Position numbers and translations under genes: made by a program
Shown: positions 37,273-52,996 of the stretch, piece by piece
How positions within the stretch are numbered: position 1 is the first letter of the stretch
Layout: every line of letters begins with the position of its first letter
Source: the human T2T-CHM13v2.0 reference genome, Homo sapiens
Direction: 5' to 3' (one strand)
NCBI RefSeq assembly: GCF_009914755.1
Contig: NC_060926.1
DNA length: 64,000 bases
Notes under the pieces: model-generated
What the model was told of the DNA's origin: nothing
The model's database searches: none
Seen by the model: the letters and a program-made list of their open reading frames with translations, nothing else

Positions 37273-39771
37273 GAAACTGTAGGGAGGGCAAACCTTTTCC
37301 TCCACCTGTTAGGATTTCTGCTGGGCCTGAGAATGAGATTGACATCAGACAGATTAACAGGAGAAAAACAAACACATTTATGTAAGTTTTACATAACATG
37401 GGAATTCTCATAAGGGATCAAAGGCGGAAAGAAATGGCAAGAACTGCCTGCATGTGTATCAGGTTAGACAAGGAGAAGCGATTGCAGAGAATAACTGGAT
37501 ATGTGGCGAGGTGCAAGGGAGAGAATTACTTTAACAAGGTCTGTTTGCAGGGAATTCTCTTGGCGACAACTCCCCATTGAAGAATGTTCCTTTCTTCTGG
37601 AGAAAGGAGGGCACCTTTCACGTGGGAGTTTTTGTCTCCTGTTTTCCGGGAAAGAAGGAAGATCAGAGTGCCCTCGTTGCATCTGCTGTTTTCAAGTTGC
37701 CTTAGCTTGAGGTAATCCTTATGTCAAAGTGGCCTATTTTGGGGTTGAATGTTCTGCCACTCTTCACTGGGATTGGAGTGTGTATGTGTGTATTTGGGGG
37801 AGATTGGAGGCTTGAGTTTGGCGGCTCTGACAAGACCCCAGAGATCCAGGCAGATGGAGGCACCACCATCTTATTACATCACCATCTCAGCATGCTGCTT
37901 CAGGGTCTCCCCCATGGAGAAGAAAGCCAGGTGACCTCACACCTACTTTGCTGTGCTTCAGCCAAGAAGTAACCCACTTGATTTTAACTTACAGCCTGCT
38001 CATCAGAATTAGCCACATGTCCCTGAGCCAACTACAATGGAGCCTGGAATATGCAATCTTCCCCAGCATCTGGGAGAGGAAAGTGAACATGGAGCATTGT
38101 CTTGGCTGTGGTGGCCAACAAACATTGGGACAGAACTTGATTGTAGGGGCACCAGTGGGAGGCGAGTGTTATGATCCGATGGCTTCACTTGTGATCTATT
38201 CTTCATGATAATATAGGCTAAACCTGAGCCCTGGGCTCCAGGACAGGCAGTCTGCTGCCTTTGACTAATTTTTAAGTGCAGAGGTGCTGGGCTTCTCTGT
38301 AGAGGAGCAGCACTGCTGAATCACAGTGATTTTCCTGGAGAGAGAGTCCTAGGAGGGGATTCCAGCTGTTCCCCACCCCACCTGAAGCAAAGGCTATTAT
38401 TCCCACAGGAGTGCTCCTGGGGAGCCTGACACCACCAGGGAGGAGCCGCACTTAACCCTGGGGCTTCTTGTCAGAGCTTTGGTTAGGTGAAACCTGGATC
38501 CTGGAGGTGCCCTGGGAAGCTTCTGTCTCCAAGATTCACACCCAGGTCCGGCTGCTGCGTGGCTCCCAACATATCACAGAACCAAGGCTCCTTTTTCCAG
38601 CTGGCCCATGTCTGAGTTTCTGCTTTATGCTTCTGGTGCTTCTCCCAGCAGCCTGCTGCCTGTTGCAACATGTGCTCACATGCCACACTTCATTTCTGCA
38701 TCTGTACTCACCAGCTCATCTAGTTCCTCCTGGGCGCCAAACACACACCCACCCTTTTTTGCTGACCTTCTGTCCCTTCCTGGGTTTGCCACCTCCTTGC
38801 TTCACACTGACTTTGAAACAGTGTCTGGCCTCCGTGTTACCCGCCTTCTCCCTGATCTAGCCTAGATCCTGAATGCCAGCCATCCCCCTCAGCTCTTCCT
38901 CCTGGGCTCCATTCTGCTGACACTCATAATTCCTTCTTTGTCTCCCCTTCTTATCAAAGGCCCAATCTTCATTTGGGGGCACTGCCTCCCTCACCAAAGT
39001 GCATTCCTGGACATCCTAGAGCAGCCTACTTCACCAGGTTGTAATTTACACCACAGGTCCCCCTAGGACATTGCCAGTCTCCATGGAAACCTTGACAACA
39101 AAGCCAGTCTCCTGGGTTCTCATCCTCTCTCCCTCTGGGGACAAGAAGACTGACTGCAAGAGTAAAGGGCCCATTTCTGTCTCCCTGGGCCCAGGCAAAC
39201 TGCTGCCTCTGCCTCTGCTGTCTTGGGCCCTGCCTCATCTGCAAGAATGCTGCTCAGGAAGTGCCTGCTTCCTGCATGATGGGAGGTGGGATCACCAGCA
39301 GCTGATTGGTGAAGCCGGGGGTCAATCTCAGAGGTCAGCAAGGCCAAACCCCGCTTTGGCACATGGAAGACTGGAGTCCTCAGTGGCTCATGAATCCCAA
39401 ATGAGAAGGTGAGGGCGGCCTGCAGCCCAGGTGGTTCTCTCTTAGTGTGCAGTGTCCTCTAGGCATCCCTCCAACAGTGACCTGCAAAGGGTTGTGTACA
39501 TGGAGAGGGCTCACATTCCAGCCCCAGACAGAACCCCATATGATGTTATCATCAGGCTACAAGTTTGAGTTTTCAGTGCCAGGATCTGAGACAGGAGGAG
39601 ACTCATGACAACCCAGAAGAGGGAGGCCCTGCAGGCAGGCAGAGCCCAGAGAGATTCCCCACCACGGACACCTGTGAGGGCATCAGGAGGAACGTGATGA
39701 CTGACATTCCTTCCTCTGTGGCACTTACCTTCCTTACCTCCAACCATTTGTCAAAGACCCTTACACAATTC

Positions 39772-40069
39772 TTTTTTTTTTTTTTTGAGACACGGTTTTG
39801 CTCTTTTTGCCCAGGCTGCAGTGCAATGGGGTTATCTCAGCCCACTGCAACCTTCGCCCCCTGGGTTCAAGTGATTCTCCTGCCTCAGCCTCTTGAGTAG
39901 CTGGGATTACAGGCACCCGCCACCATGCCCAACTAATTTTTATAGTTTTAGTAGAGACGGGGTTTCACCATGTTGACCAGGTTGGTCTCGAACTCCTGAC
40001 CTCAGGTGATTTGCCTGCCTCAGCCTCCCAAAGTGCTGGGATTACAGGCGTGAGCCACCACGACTGGCC
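39772..40069 (-). mobile_element. AluS
   Basis: TSD cacaattctttt at 39764 and 40072. Confidence 0.9.
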
Positions 40070-40854
40070 TCCACAATTCTTTTAGTGGAGATTCAAGGAC
40101 AAAGGACAGGGACTGGCTCCCAGATTCCAGGTTGTGACCAGTAGCAAAGTGAGCAAAGGGACACTACAGAATCCTCTACTGTGCTGAGGTCTTCGATAGA
40201 GGAAGTTGCCTTGCAAGGAGGTGGGAGGGATGCTGTGGGATGGGCTGAGCCATCTAGTTGAATATGAAAGGAGAGGGCCTGGGGACCTCCAGGCAGAAGT
40301 CCCGGGAGTTCCTCATTTGCGACTGGTCATGCATCAAGTTCCAGGGCCAAGGCTGGTAGGAATGGGCCCCGTGCAGGCATTGGGGGCTCCCCTTCTCCTT
40401 CAGAGCTACATGGAGGTGTGGTGCCAGTCAGTGCACGCTCTAACGTATTTAAGTACCAGCAGAGTAAAACAAGAATGAAAGGGAAAAGAGAAGACATGAA
40501 TTATTTCGTTTACGCTTGACAAGTACAGGATCCTATTTTAATACAACACAACTTATGGATATGTATTTTTATTTTCTTCAGTACTATGTCATTTGCTTCT
40601 AAAATACTTTTACTAATTGGGGACTAGGAGAGTAAAACTTAAATGTATTAGGCAGCAAGAATGCAAGTGAGGGAGAAGTGAGGGAGAACAGCCACACTTT
40701 CTGAGCTGTGCTCTGACAGGGAGAATTTGCTTGGTACACTCAGAACAAAATGCATCTACAGTCAGATAACCTCGAGACACAGAGGATGGCATTGAAGGCT
40801 TCATCCACACAGTGTCTACACTCCCTTCTCCCTGAGCCACAGAGCTGTGTCTTT

Positions 40855-41302
40855 ATTCCAGGCAGCAGAGTGCCCGGCCGAAAGTTCATGTTTCCCACCC
40901 TACCTGTAGCTATGTGTGGCCTTATGACCAAGTTCTGACTAATAAGATGTGAGTTCAAGGTCTGGGGATGACCTCTGGGAAGGCTGTTTAAAGGAAGTTG
41001 AGACCAGGAGGGATACACCTCCTCTCAGCCATCTCTGAGCCTGGGATGTGGAAGGGATGACTAGACCTTCTGCAGCCATTTTGTTCCTTGAAGTAACCAC
41101 AAGGTTAGAGACTGCCTTAGGATGATAGAGTAGAAAGAGAGAAGGAGCAGGGGTTGTTGACATTTATGGTGCTGCCGGGACAGCCCTAGATTTTCAACCT
41201 CCAGTCTCATTTTATGTGAGAGGAAATATATTTCGGCTTAGGTTTCCCCACTGTTATTTGGAGTTTTCTGACGTATTCAACTGAACCTAATCCAAGAGAT
41301 AC
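40855..41302 (+). mobile_element. Old MaLR LTR (MLT1J/I-like)
   Basis: gtggccttatgaccaagttctgactaataagatgtgag and gcagccattttg motifs. Confidence 0.6.
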
Positions 41303-41387
41303 TTGACACAGAAATCCCCCTTCTGGGAGACTCAGAAGTTATAGTAGCAAATAAAGACAATAAGGAGCTTTATAATCAACAAACCTA

Positions 41388-41952
41388 TTATAGGCAGAAT
41401 TCTAAAGATGTCCCTGGAGGACTCCTGTCCCTTGGCTATTCAATCAAATGTCATTCAAGGTATGGCTGTGACACGACTTTGCAGATGTAATTATGGTTAC
41501 TAACCAGCAGACTTTAAGGTAGGGGATCATCCTGAAATATGTAATTGGTTCCAGTGTGAGTCATTAAATACAGATTAGGAAGCAGATGAGTCAGTCAGAG
41601 AGATAAGGCAGAAAAGATGAGAGAATATGGCAGATTCAGGAGTCAGAGAGATTCCAAAGGTGAGGAGGATTGGATGCACCCATGGCTAACAGCCAGCAAG
41701 GAAACAGGGGCCTCAGTCCTACAGCTACAAGGACCTGGATACTTCCAACAGCCTAGATTCTACCACAGAGCCTCCAGATCAGAGCCCAAGCCATCAACCC
41801 ACACCTTGATTTTAGTCTTGTGAGACTCAGAGCAGAGGAACCAGCCGAGCTACCCAACTTCCTACCTACAGAACAATTAGATCATACATTTGCATGGCTT
41901 GAAGCCACTAAGCTTGTGGGGATTTCTTTCAGAAATAATAGAAAATGAATAC
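41388..41952 (+). mobile_element. MaLR LTR (MLT1D/E-like)
   Basis: ggcagaattctaaagatg...cagccagcaaggaaacagggg...aagccactaag...gaaaatgaataca. Confidence 0.7.
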
Positions 41953-42256
41953 AGAAACCTGATCACTTTCACATAAAATATTAAATTTTTGGCAAAATAA
42001 CACATACATTTGGTAAAAAATAAAACAGTACAAAAAGAACTATACTGCAAAATCAGCAAAACCCTGCCCTGCCCTTGCTGCCTGCAATCCAACTTTCTTC
42101 TCTTAATTATTTTTTCTGATATTACCTCCATATCTCTAAAAAATGTTGCTGTATCTAGATTTGTGAACACAGACATTGCGTATTAACTTTCTATTATGAG
42201 AGAATCAAATGTAGCTCCTTCATCCTTTTTCATCACACTACAATTGCTTTAATATG

Positions 42257-42594
42257 TTTGTTTTTATTTTTTGTTTCTTTGGTTTTTTTTTTTTTTTTTT
42301 TTTTTTTTTTGAGAAAGTCTCGCTCTGTTGCCCAGGCTGGGGTGTAGTGGTGCCATCTTGGCTCACCGCAACCTCTGCCTCCCAGGTTCAAGCGATTATT
42401 GTGCCTCAACCTCCTGAGTAGCTGGGAATACAGGCATGCACCACCACACCCAGCTAATTTTTGTATTTTTACTAGAGGTGGGATTTCCCCACATTGGTCA
42501 GGTTGGTCTCCAACACCTGACCTCAGGTGATCTGCCCGCCTCGGCCTCCCAAAGTGCTAGGGTGTGTTACAGGTGTGAGCCACCGCACCCGGCC
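42257..42594 (-). mobile_element. AluS
   Basis: TSD acaattgct(t/a)taatatg. Confidence 0.9.
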
Positions 42595-42824
42595 ACAATT
42601 GCTATAATATGAATGAATTCCACCTCCAGTGTTGGCCTAACTCTTGCAGGTGTACTATGATTGCATCTCTTTTCTTAGTCCATGTTATAAAATTTCCCTG
42701 TTTGGTAACTTGCATAATTTACTAGACACATATCTTTATTTCCAATACTCCATCAGGCACCTTCTACAGAGTTTTCCTTTATTCTAGAATCCCTATCCCC
42801 AGGTATCCCTCTTTCCCTTCCATC

Positions 42825-42851
42825 CACACACACACACACACACACACACAC
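42825..42851. repeat. (CA)n microsatellite
   Basis: Direct reading. Confidence 0.95.
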
Positions 42852-43983
42852 TGCTCCTCTCCCACTCTAATCTGGTCTGGGTGGTCTCCAAGTTACGTAA
42901 ACAGGTGGTTGTCATCCTGAGGTGTCTCTGCCTCTCTTTTGGCATTGATTCACTGTTTCCTGATTCCTGTATCTTTCTTATTCTTGGCTTGTGCCACCAT
43001 TTTTGAGGAATACATCCTCTAGGAAGTTCTACAAAAAAGAATGCAGGATATATTAATGTTTTAGGTTCTTTAGGTCTAATATTGCCATCTTTATGCCACT
43101 GAAATGGTAATTTGGCTGGTTATAACAGTCTGAGGGAAGATCATGTGGCCTGTGCATTTGGAGGCCCTTGATCCACACTGTTCTGCATTTGGAAGCGCTG
43201 CTGCACTGTCTTCTGCACTGGGAAGTCGCTTATGCACCGTCTGACATATTAGGAAGGCACTGCTCTGCCGTCTCTGCATTTGGGGGCACTGTTCTGCTGT
43301 ACTCGGCATTTGGATGTTACTGCTCACTGTACTCCAGCTGGAGGCACGGCTCCAACATTCTCTGCATTTGGAAGGAAACATTCCAGTGTTTTCTGCAGTG
43401 GGAAGCCCTTTTTCCATTCTTCTGTGGATGTGGAAGGCACTGCTCTGCTTGTGTGTTTGGGGGACACTGTTCTGCTGCTCTCTTCTTTACCATCATCTTC
43501 ATCTGCAGGCACAAACCCTGTCTTCTGCTGCAGAGCCACTGCCTCCCTGCCCTTTGCAGGCTGAGGCACTGCTCCACAACTACTGCTTCCCTTTGGAGTC
43601 AATGCTCCCCTGTCATCTTCACTGACCTGGGACTGCTTGGCAGTCTTATGTATTTAAAGAGACAGCATTCCCTCTTTGCTCTGTATGTGGGAAGGCTCAC
43701 AACCCACACTGTTGTATTGGGAGGCAGGGCTCCCATGCCCCTTGCACTTGGCTGTCTCTGCTGCTCTCTCACTTTCATCTGGAGTCACTGCTTCCCTGCC
43801 CAGTGCATTTGGAAGGCACAGCTGCCCTGTCCTCTGCCTTCGGTGGAACTGCCTCACTCCACTGTGCGCTTCCATGGGCCTGCCCCTTGTCCCCTGCATG
43901 TGGAAGGCACGGCTCCACTCTCCTCTACATTTGGAGGCATTTCACTGTGATCTGCCTTTGGGGACACCACTCCATTTACCCTG

Positions 43984-44699
<716 letters not shown>

Positions 44700-44829
44700 A
44701 CCTGTGTCAGAGGCTCTGCCCACAGCCCTCCACATTTGGAGACATTGGAGCTCTTGTCCTCTGAGTTTATGTGGATGTCACTGATCCAATGTCGTCTGCA
44801 TTTGGAGCTGCTGTTCCACATCATATGCT

Positions 44830-44950
44830 TCTTTATTTTTTTGAGACAAGGTCTTACTCTGTCACTGAGGCTGCAGTGCAGTGGCACATTCAATCATAGC
44901 TCACTGTAACCTCGAACTCCTGAACTCAAACAATCCTTCCACTTCCCAAG
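44830..44950 (-). mobile_element. AluJ/FRAM fragment
   Basis: ttttttgagacaaggtcttactctgtc...cttcccaagt. Confidence 0.75.
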
Positions 44951-47900
44951 TGAGTCCTGTGCTTCTGGAAGGAATGGCTCCAACACTCCCTGTCTTTCTA
45001 ATGCATTGATAATCCACTCTCCTGTGCATTTGGGGGGCCCTGCCCCACTGTCCTCTGCACTTGGATGTCACTGCTCCACTGCCGTCTTGATTTTGAGGTC
45101 CTTTCTCTGCTGTCCTCTGCATTTGGAATGATCAGCTGGAGTGAGGCAGGCATTCGCTGCAGCGGAACTGCTTTGGTCACTGACTTCATCTATTTTCCTG
45201 CCAGCTTGGTAGTCCATCCCTAAGAGCTCCATGTAGCCTTGCTGGTCCCCAGTGGTCCCCCAGAGCACCCCATAGGCTGCCCAGACCTTGGCAGGGAGCG
45301 TCTGCATCTCTACACATGCCGACAGTGGGTGTTACACCCTAAACTGCAGCTGCCCCCCAACTAGCTGAAGGCTTCCTGAGATATGTTCTGGGCCCATCTG
45401 CAGCCTAGGCTCCTCCCGGCCACCCAGCTGCTTCCTGCCCCACCCCTTGTGACAGCGTGGAGGGCACCCACCGTCTCCCACCCTCCTTTCTCATGCCTAT
45501 TCCTTACTTGTGTGTATTGGTCCCTGAGGCTTGGTGCAAAGGCTCCTTATATTTAGGGTGCAGGCTGCGGTGGACGTGGAAGGTGGGGGGAGAGACGGCC
45601 AGAGGCAGGAAAGGGATCCTGATGCCCCCTCACCAGCCCACATAGAAAGGTCAGGAGCTTATGAGGTGGGGGTGCCCCTGCCCTACAGGATAAGAGCTGT
45701 TTCCTGTGAGGGGGGCCTGGGGCTGCCCTGGCAGTGGCTCTTGGGCCTCCTGGCCCACCAGAACGTCCTGGCAAGCTCACAAAACTCACAAACACTGAAC
45801 TCCACTTCTAGAGATTCGAATTTGGGAGCTCTGGGGCATGAGCCAGAGATCTGCAGGTGATTCTGACAGGCAGCCAGGTGGAGACATGGGGGTGAGAGAT
45901 GAGTTTTCTTTGCAGCCCACCCAGAGAGGAAAGGCCTTTCCTTTCAAAGAGCCTCAGAAAGCAATGGTCCAGGTCCTTCCTGCTTCCTGGGAGATGCCAC
46001 ATGGCTCTACTTCTGAGGGGTCTGTGCAGTGGGTGTGGGAGCACCTGGGGCTCTTGGGTGTCAGGTGTCCTATGTCCTCTCCCATGGTCTGGGGAGAGCA
46101 TGCACTTTTGGTCTGCAGAGTGCACCAGCTGCGTAGGAAAGGGAAATGCTGCTGGGAGTGGGACCCTGGAGGCCTGCGCCAAAGTGCCTGCGCTCGTCCT
46201 TCCATGCCTTGAACCAGGTGTGGGTGGCCAGGTCTGTAAGGCAGAGAATGTAAGTAAGAAGTGGGGGAGAAGGCAGGGTAGGGTCAGATCTCTGGCTCCT
46301 CTCAGTGTGGAAGATGGGAAGCCAATGCCGCTTTCCCCTGACCTTCCCATTCTGCCTCCTTACCCTTGGGGGCGGCTCTTGTCCTGGCTCAGTGCTCCTG
46401 GCCCTGCCTCATCTCACTGTCACTGTCCTGAGAGGGAGTCCAAGCTGCAGAGCAGGGCTGGGCAGTGCAGGACGACAGCACAGGCCCCAGCTGCCAGACC
46501 TTTGACCTCCAGGGCCATCTAGCCTTACAAAAGCATCCTGGGCATCTCGCCACATTATTAACTCACAATAACTTGCGGTCAGCTAATCCTTTATGGTCTT
46601 TCTGTTTCCACAAACAGTTGTGAGTCTGAGAATCCTTGAGTTGGCCGTTTCATCCTCCCTTTCGGGCAGTGGGTATGAGCCCCATTCCAGTCTCTCCAGA
46701 TCCCTTCCAGGCCTCCTCCTGCCATCGGGACCACACACTTTCCCCATGGTTCTGTGCAGTAGGTGCTCTGATGAGACTGGTTTCCAGGTGCTGAGCAGGG
46801 CAGGCTGTGATCAGAGTAGGTAATGGGCCGCCAGAAACTTCCTTCAGGCTTTGGGTCTCACGTTTCACCCCAGCGTGGCACCCCCATCCCAGGCTCCGGG
46901 CTATGGTTGGGCAGGCTCATCTTTAGGCCTAGCCCTACCTCTTCCCGGGCCCCACTGATGAGAAGCCTCTGCTCTTCCACCCTGGACTCCCAGAACTATC
47001 TCAGGGACAAAGGATGCAATAGAAAGTCTGTCTATTTCAGCTTGTTAGTGCAGAGCTCCTGAGGACCTGAGCAGGTCACATCAGGAGACTCCGGGGGCCC
47101 CACAGTGCTCGGGAGAGTTTGATGGACAGTGCTGTTGTGAGCCCCCAAGAGGCAGAAACAGACACATGGCCCCTCCAAAGGGGGAACACCAATGACCTCT
47201 CCTTCCACTGATGTGGGGGAAGAGACTGAAGGGGAGAAGGTGTCAGGTTAGGCCCAGCGGCTTTTGGCCAACGTGTGTCCACTGTCTTTCTAAGTCCAGT
47301 TCTAGGGGGGCTCCGTGATGCTACCAGACCACACATGGCTTCAGCAGCCTCGAGGTTCTGCACACCAGACTTCTGTCTCTGTCTCCTCCCCAGGGGTCAG
47401 GGCTCCAGGGCCCCAGGGAGAGGGGCAGCTGATGCCAGTGTCAGATGTGGCCTGAGCCTAACCTTGAGACAAGTCCCCTGCTGATCTTGGAGAGAGAGGG
47501 CAGCCGAGGAGGCTCTGGGCAATGAGGAGATCTGGGTCAGGCTGGAAGATGCTGCTTTCCCATTTGACACAGAGGCCATGGAGAGGGGGCAGAGGGGACT
47601 CACCTGACCATGGAGATGGGGGAAGAGCACTCACCTGGCCATGGACCATGGAGAGGGAGCAGAGGGTACTCATTGAGGGGACCCACCTGGCCATTGAGAG
47701 GAGGCATAGCCTATCCCGTGGGCCTGGGCTGCAAGGACTGAAGTTTTTAGTTGACCGGAAGCCTTCCTACAGCAGGTCTTTCTGGAGGATCTGTTTGATT
47801 GTGGCCTGCTTTTTCTAGAAACTCACCCTGCCACAGGGAACCAGAGCACAGCCATCCCTGCCTGCAGGGCCCCTGCCCTCCCAATCTGACCACTTCTAAC

Positions 47901-48210
47901 AAAGCTCCCTGAGGCCCTGATGTCCCGTGGCCTTCTAGTGCCTTACTGGCCTGCCGTCGCCGTCATGGGGACTCTCGACACTTTGCTGAAACCCTCACAC
48001 ACTTCCACACTTGGGCAGCCTCTGTTTGGGTTGCATCCCATCCTTACTGCCTGGAGAGGCTCATGAAGAAGGTCCCAGGGCTCACTGAAGAGCCTCCTCC
48101 CTTTCCCACCCGACCCACCTCGCCCTTCCTCACCAGGCTCACTCATCACAGCGGCACAGAGTTTTAGTTTGGGGATTCACCCATTCATTCTTCTTCTTTT
48201 TAAAAAATCT

Positions 48211-49110
<900 letters not shown>

Positions 49111-51739
49111 TGGATGTCTGGCTGCATGCCAGAATGAGGGACAAGAAGTCAGGCAGGGACCCACATTTTGGGAGCGTGGTGGTCAAAATGCTCCAAAATA
49201 TTCCCAGAAAGGCATCCCAGAGGCCTGTTCCCCCATGGCCACCATGTGCCACAAGCTTGGGCCCAGCCGCTATGCTTACTCCATATAAGGCTGTTGTAGC
49301 CAGAGGGCCCTGGTGGACTGGGAGACCCTGCCTCCGGTTGGGACCATCAGTTTCCTCCCACTAGGATGAAGAGTGTGGCCTGTGGTGCTGGTGGGACTCA
49401 TAGTAGACCACCTGGGAGAACACATAGACTCAGATCGGCAGGGCAGCCCTCTCTGCCATGTTGGATGAGGAGAATCTATTCTGCAGAGGAGGCCAGCGTG
49501 CACTGGGGAGAGGCCCCGTCCCAGAGAGAGGGTCTGAGACAGACATGGGGGCACTTGATGGATTTCCTTTTCCGGGATCTGAGCCCTCCTGAAGGACCTT
49601 GGACTCCAAAAGTGCCCTTGTATCTCTATAATAAATCCTCATGTTTCAAATTCTTCAGCTGACCTAAGTGGGTTTTTCATTGTTGCCATCAAAAATGTTG
49701 ACTAAGACAGTGGCCGTGCGTAGCCTTGATGATCTGGTAAGTGGGTCTTTGTCCCCTTGAATTGGTTTAAAACTCATTCCCAGTGTATGGCATGGATAGC
49801 AGAGGCAAGAAAGAAGAGGAACCTGTCTTCTTGCCTGCTGTTTCCTTGAGAGTGTCTGAGCATCTTGCTGGTCTATTCCCAGCATGGCTGTGTGAGGCAG
49901 CCAGAGGGGCCCTGGGGCTTTCTGGAGGGCAGAGTCCCTTCCCTTGCTGAGGTCTCCATCTCTCCCCGCCTCTTCCGCACCTTGGGGCTGTGGGGTTTGG
50001 GGAACATCGATCTTCTGGAGATGCGTGAGTCAGGGTGAGCACGTGGCCCCAGGAGGTGTTTCCAGGGCAACCAGGAGAAGCTTCTCCTGGTCAACCAAAG
50101 AATTCCCCACGGAGGTCAGAGGGTGCCAGGGGTCAACAGGAGCAGAGAAAGTGCAGGTATGCCCAGAAAGATGTGAGGGAAAGGAGGGGCCAGGACCCCC
50201 CTTGGCCTCCCATCCCCACTTCCAGAAGCCCTGCAGCTGGGTGGCCTGCCCTGCCCCCCAAGCCCCTTAGTGGCTGCCCCAAGGGCACCCATGCTTGTGA
50301 GCAGCCCCCACCTGCCTGCTTGCTGGGCTTTTCCAGGGAATTCAATTAGGGCAGTGGCTTCCTTGCCTCCTCTGCCCAACTCCAGGGCTGGATCCTGAAC
50401 CCCACCTGCTCTCCCACACAGGGCTGGGGATGGGTGGAGGCAGGGGCTGACTGGTGGATCCGATGATAAATTGTTTATTGGGATCCTGCTGGGGGGAAGG
50501 GGAACTGTCCTGTCCACTCCTGGCTTGGCTGCTGACTCAGAATAGTCCTTTCTTCCATGCATCTATTTCTCCATCTGTTCAACAGGCAGATTCAGCATCT
50601 TCATCCCGCCCTGGGCTGAAGAAGAGGCTTGGTATGTTTTTGTTTTTCCTAGGGGAATTATTATCTTCAAACTACAGTGTTTTCACCATACACACAAATA
50701 AAAACAATAGCAGTAGCCAATGATTGGCTTAATTATGACAATAATTGAGAAGAGAGAGGGGGTGGGAGTGGAGCACGTGGGGCCAAAGCTGCTTATTTCC
50801 CAAGTCTCCAAGGGCTTTTACTACTAACCAGGAAGCTGGGACCTGAATTCCCCCACCACTAGTGCACCCGAGTCAGAAGACACAAAATCGCCTAAGCGGC
50901 AGGTGCTCGGGTGAGGGCTGTGTCCATCTTGCTGCTGATGGGGTGGTTAGAAAGCCATCCCAGGGGAAGGCATTCTTTCTAACAGCCTAAATTGGAGGGA
51001 GAAGGAGAAGGGAGAAGCAGTGAGGCCCTGGAGAGACCAGCCCTTCCTCAATGCAGCCTCTGTGGAACCAGGAGCCCCCAACATAGATGCTGGGTTCAGG
51101 TGAGTCGGGAGGAAGGGCTGTGGGAGGGCCTAGGCACAGCCTGCACTGAGCTTCACAACACAGTCATAGGCAGTGTGGCTAGGGGCCTCTCTGCACACCC
51201 TGGGGTTGGACCCCTACAGGAGGAGCTGGCCCTGGACCCTCCCTGGGGTCCATGGCCAGCTCCCACCAGACCTAGGGTGCCAGGACACCCCTAGACTATT
51301 CTTCACTGCATCCCTGATCCTCATCTCTGAATCACCCTTTGATGAAGCCCCACTTCCTGTCTCACCCCACTGTAACTGGACTATGCCTTCTACCATTGTG
51401 TTCTCTCATCCCCTGGCTCTGAGAAAGTCACAGAGGCAGCAATGGGGAGGGTAAGAGCTCTACTGTGGGCCCAGCCCTGATTCACACGTAAGGCCCTAAT
51501 TGCCTGATAACCCTACCAGGGACAGCAGGACATCCCTGAGCCTCTCACCCACCCTGCAGACCATCCTGAACTACTGCCCTGGGCTGAGCTTGGGGGTCCT
51601 GGGAGCCATGGAGCCAGCCCTTCTCTCCAAGGCTCCCAGTCAGGGGCAGGGAGCTGCCATGGAATCTCACAAACTTTGATTACTTATTTAAATACGAGTA
51701 ACACGCGTTTAGTGCACAGAAATGAGGAAGTACACGTGA

Positions 51740-52152
<413 letters not shown>

Positions 52153-52996
52153 GCACTTATGAGTGCATGTGAATATTTTTCAGTCACAAGAGACATTTCC
52201 ACGGCATGTTCTTTAGCAACTGCCCAGTGTGTGATGTAAGAGGCTCATTTTGCTGGTTCCTCAGTGGTGGCTTTCAGGACTGTTTCTGATATCCTCCAGC
52301 CCTTCAGTGAATTTCCCCATGACCTGCTCAGCTACAGGCGACTTTCTGGGCATTGGGCATACAGCTGTTCACAAAACAGAGACCTGTGCAGACACGTTTC
52401 TGGTCATATCCTATCAGTTCTTTCAACTGCTGACTGGATGAGGTATGGCCAGGCCAAAGGGCATACCTCTGGGATTTGCCCTCCCAAAGGCCTGTGCGTG
52501 TCAGGGTGGGCCTCTGTTCAGGATTGGCCTGGCAGTGGGCACCGGGCATGACCTGCAGGGACAGAGCAGGTTCCAGATGAAGCAGGGAGAGCAAGCCTGG
52601 GTCCTGGCCCTGTGTCTCTGGTTTTATGACCATTTTGACCAGGGCTTCACCAAGCAGCTGTTTTCCCAGCTCCTAGACTGGGCTGCTGGGGCTGGGCATG
52701 GAACAGAATATTTGAAATGGGGCCATTCTAGGTGATCCCAAGCTGCTGAGGTGCCTTTCGGACCCAGCTGGTGGCAGCCGTTGCCTGCAAGGATCTAGGT
52801 GGTGGGGAGCCCAGGCTTCCACCCGAGGCCACCAAGGGCGGTCCCAGCCTGGCCCTGCCCCCTACCCTGTGCCTCCACCCCTGCCCTTCCTATGCTCCAA
52901 GGCAGGCAGGGAGGCGGGAGGCCAGGTAGCTCAGGAACCCAAACCTGTCGGGCAGGTTTTGAGAGCTGTGGAGAGAGGGACAGAGGCTGGAGAAGG

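Noticed and set aside
40420-40740. Possible old hAT/MER DNA transposon remnant
   Set aside because: Could not identify terminal repeats or a family with confidence
45457-47818. Long ORFs (up to 207 aa) on both strands
   Set aside because: GC-rich sequence with no recognisable domain or consistent exon chain; expected by chance
49170-49710. Possible old ERVL/MaLR LTR (AATAAA ... gactaagaca end)
   Set aside because: Only the 3' end is suggestive; family and left boundary unsupported
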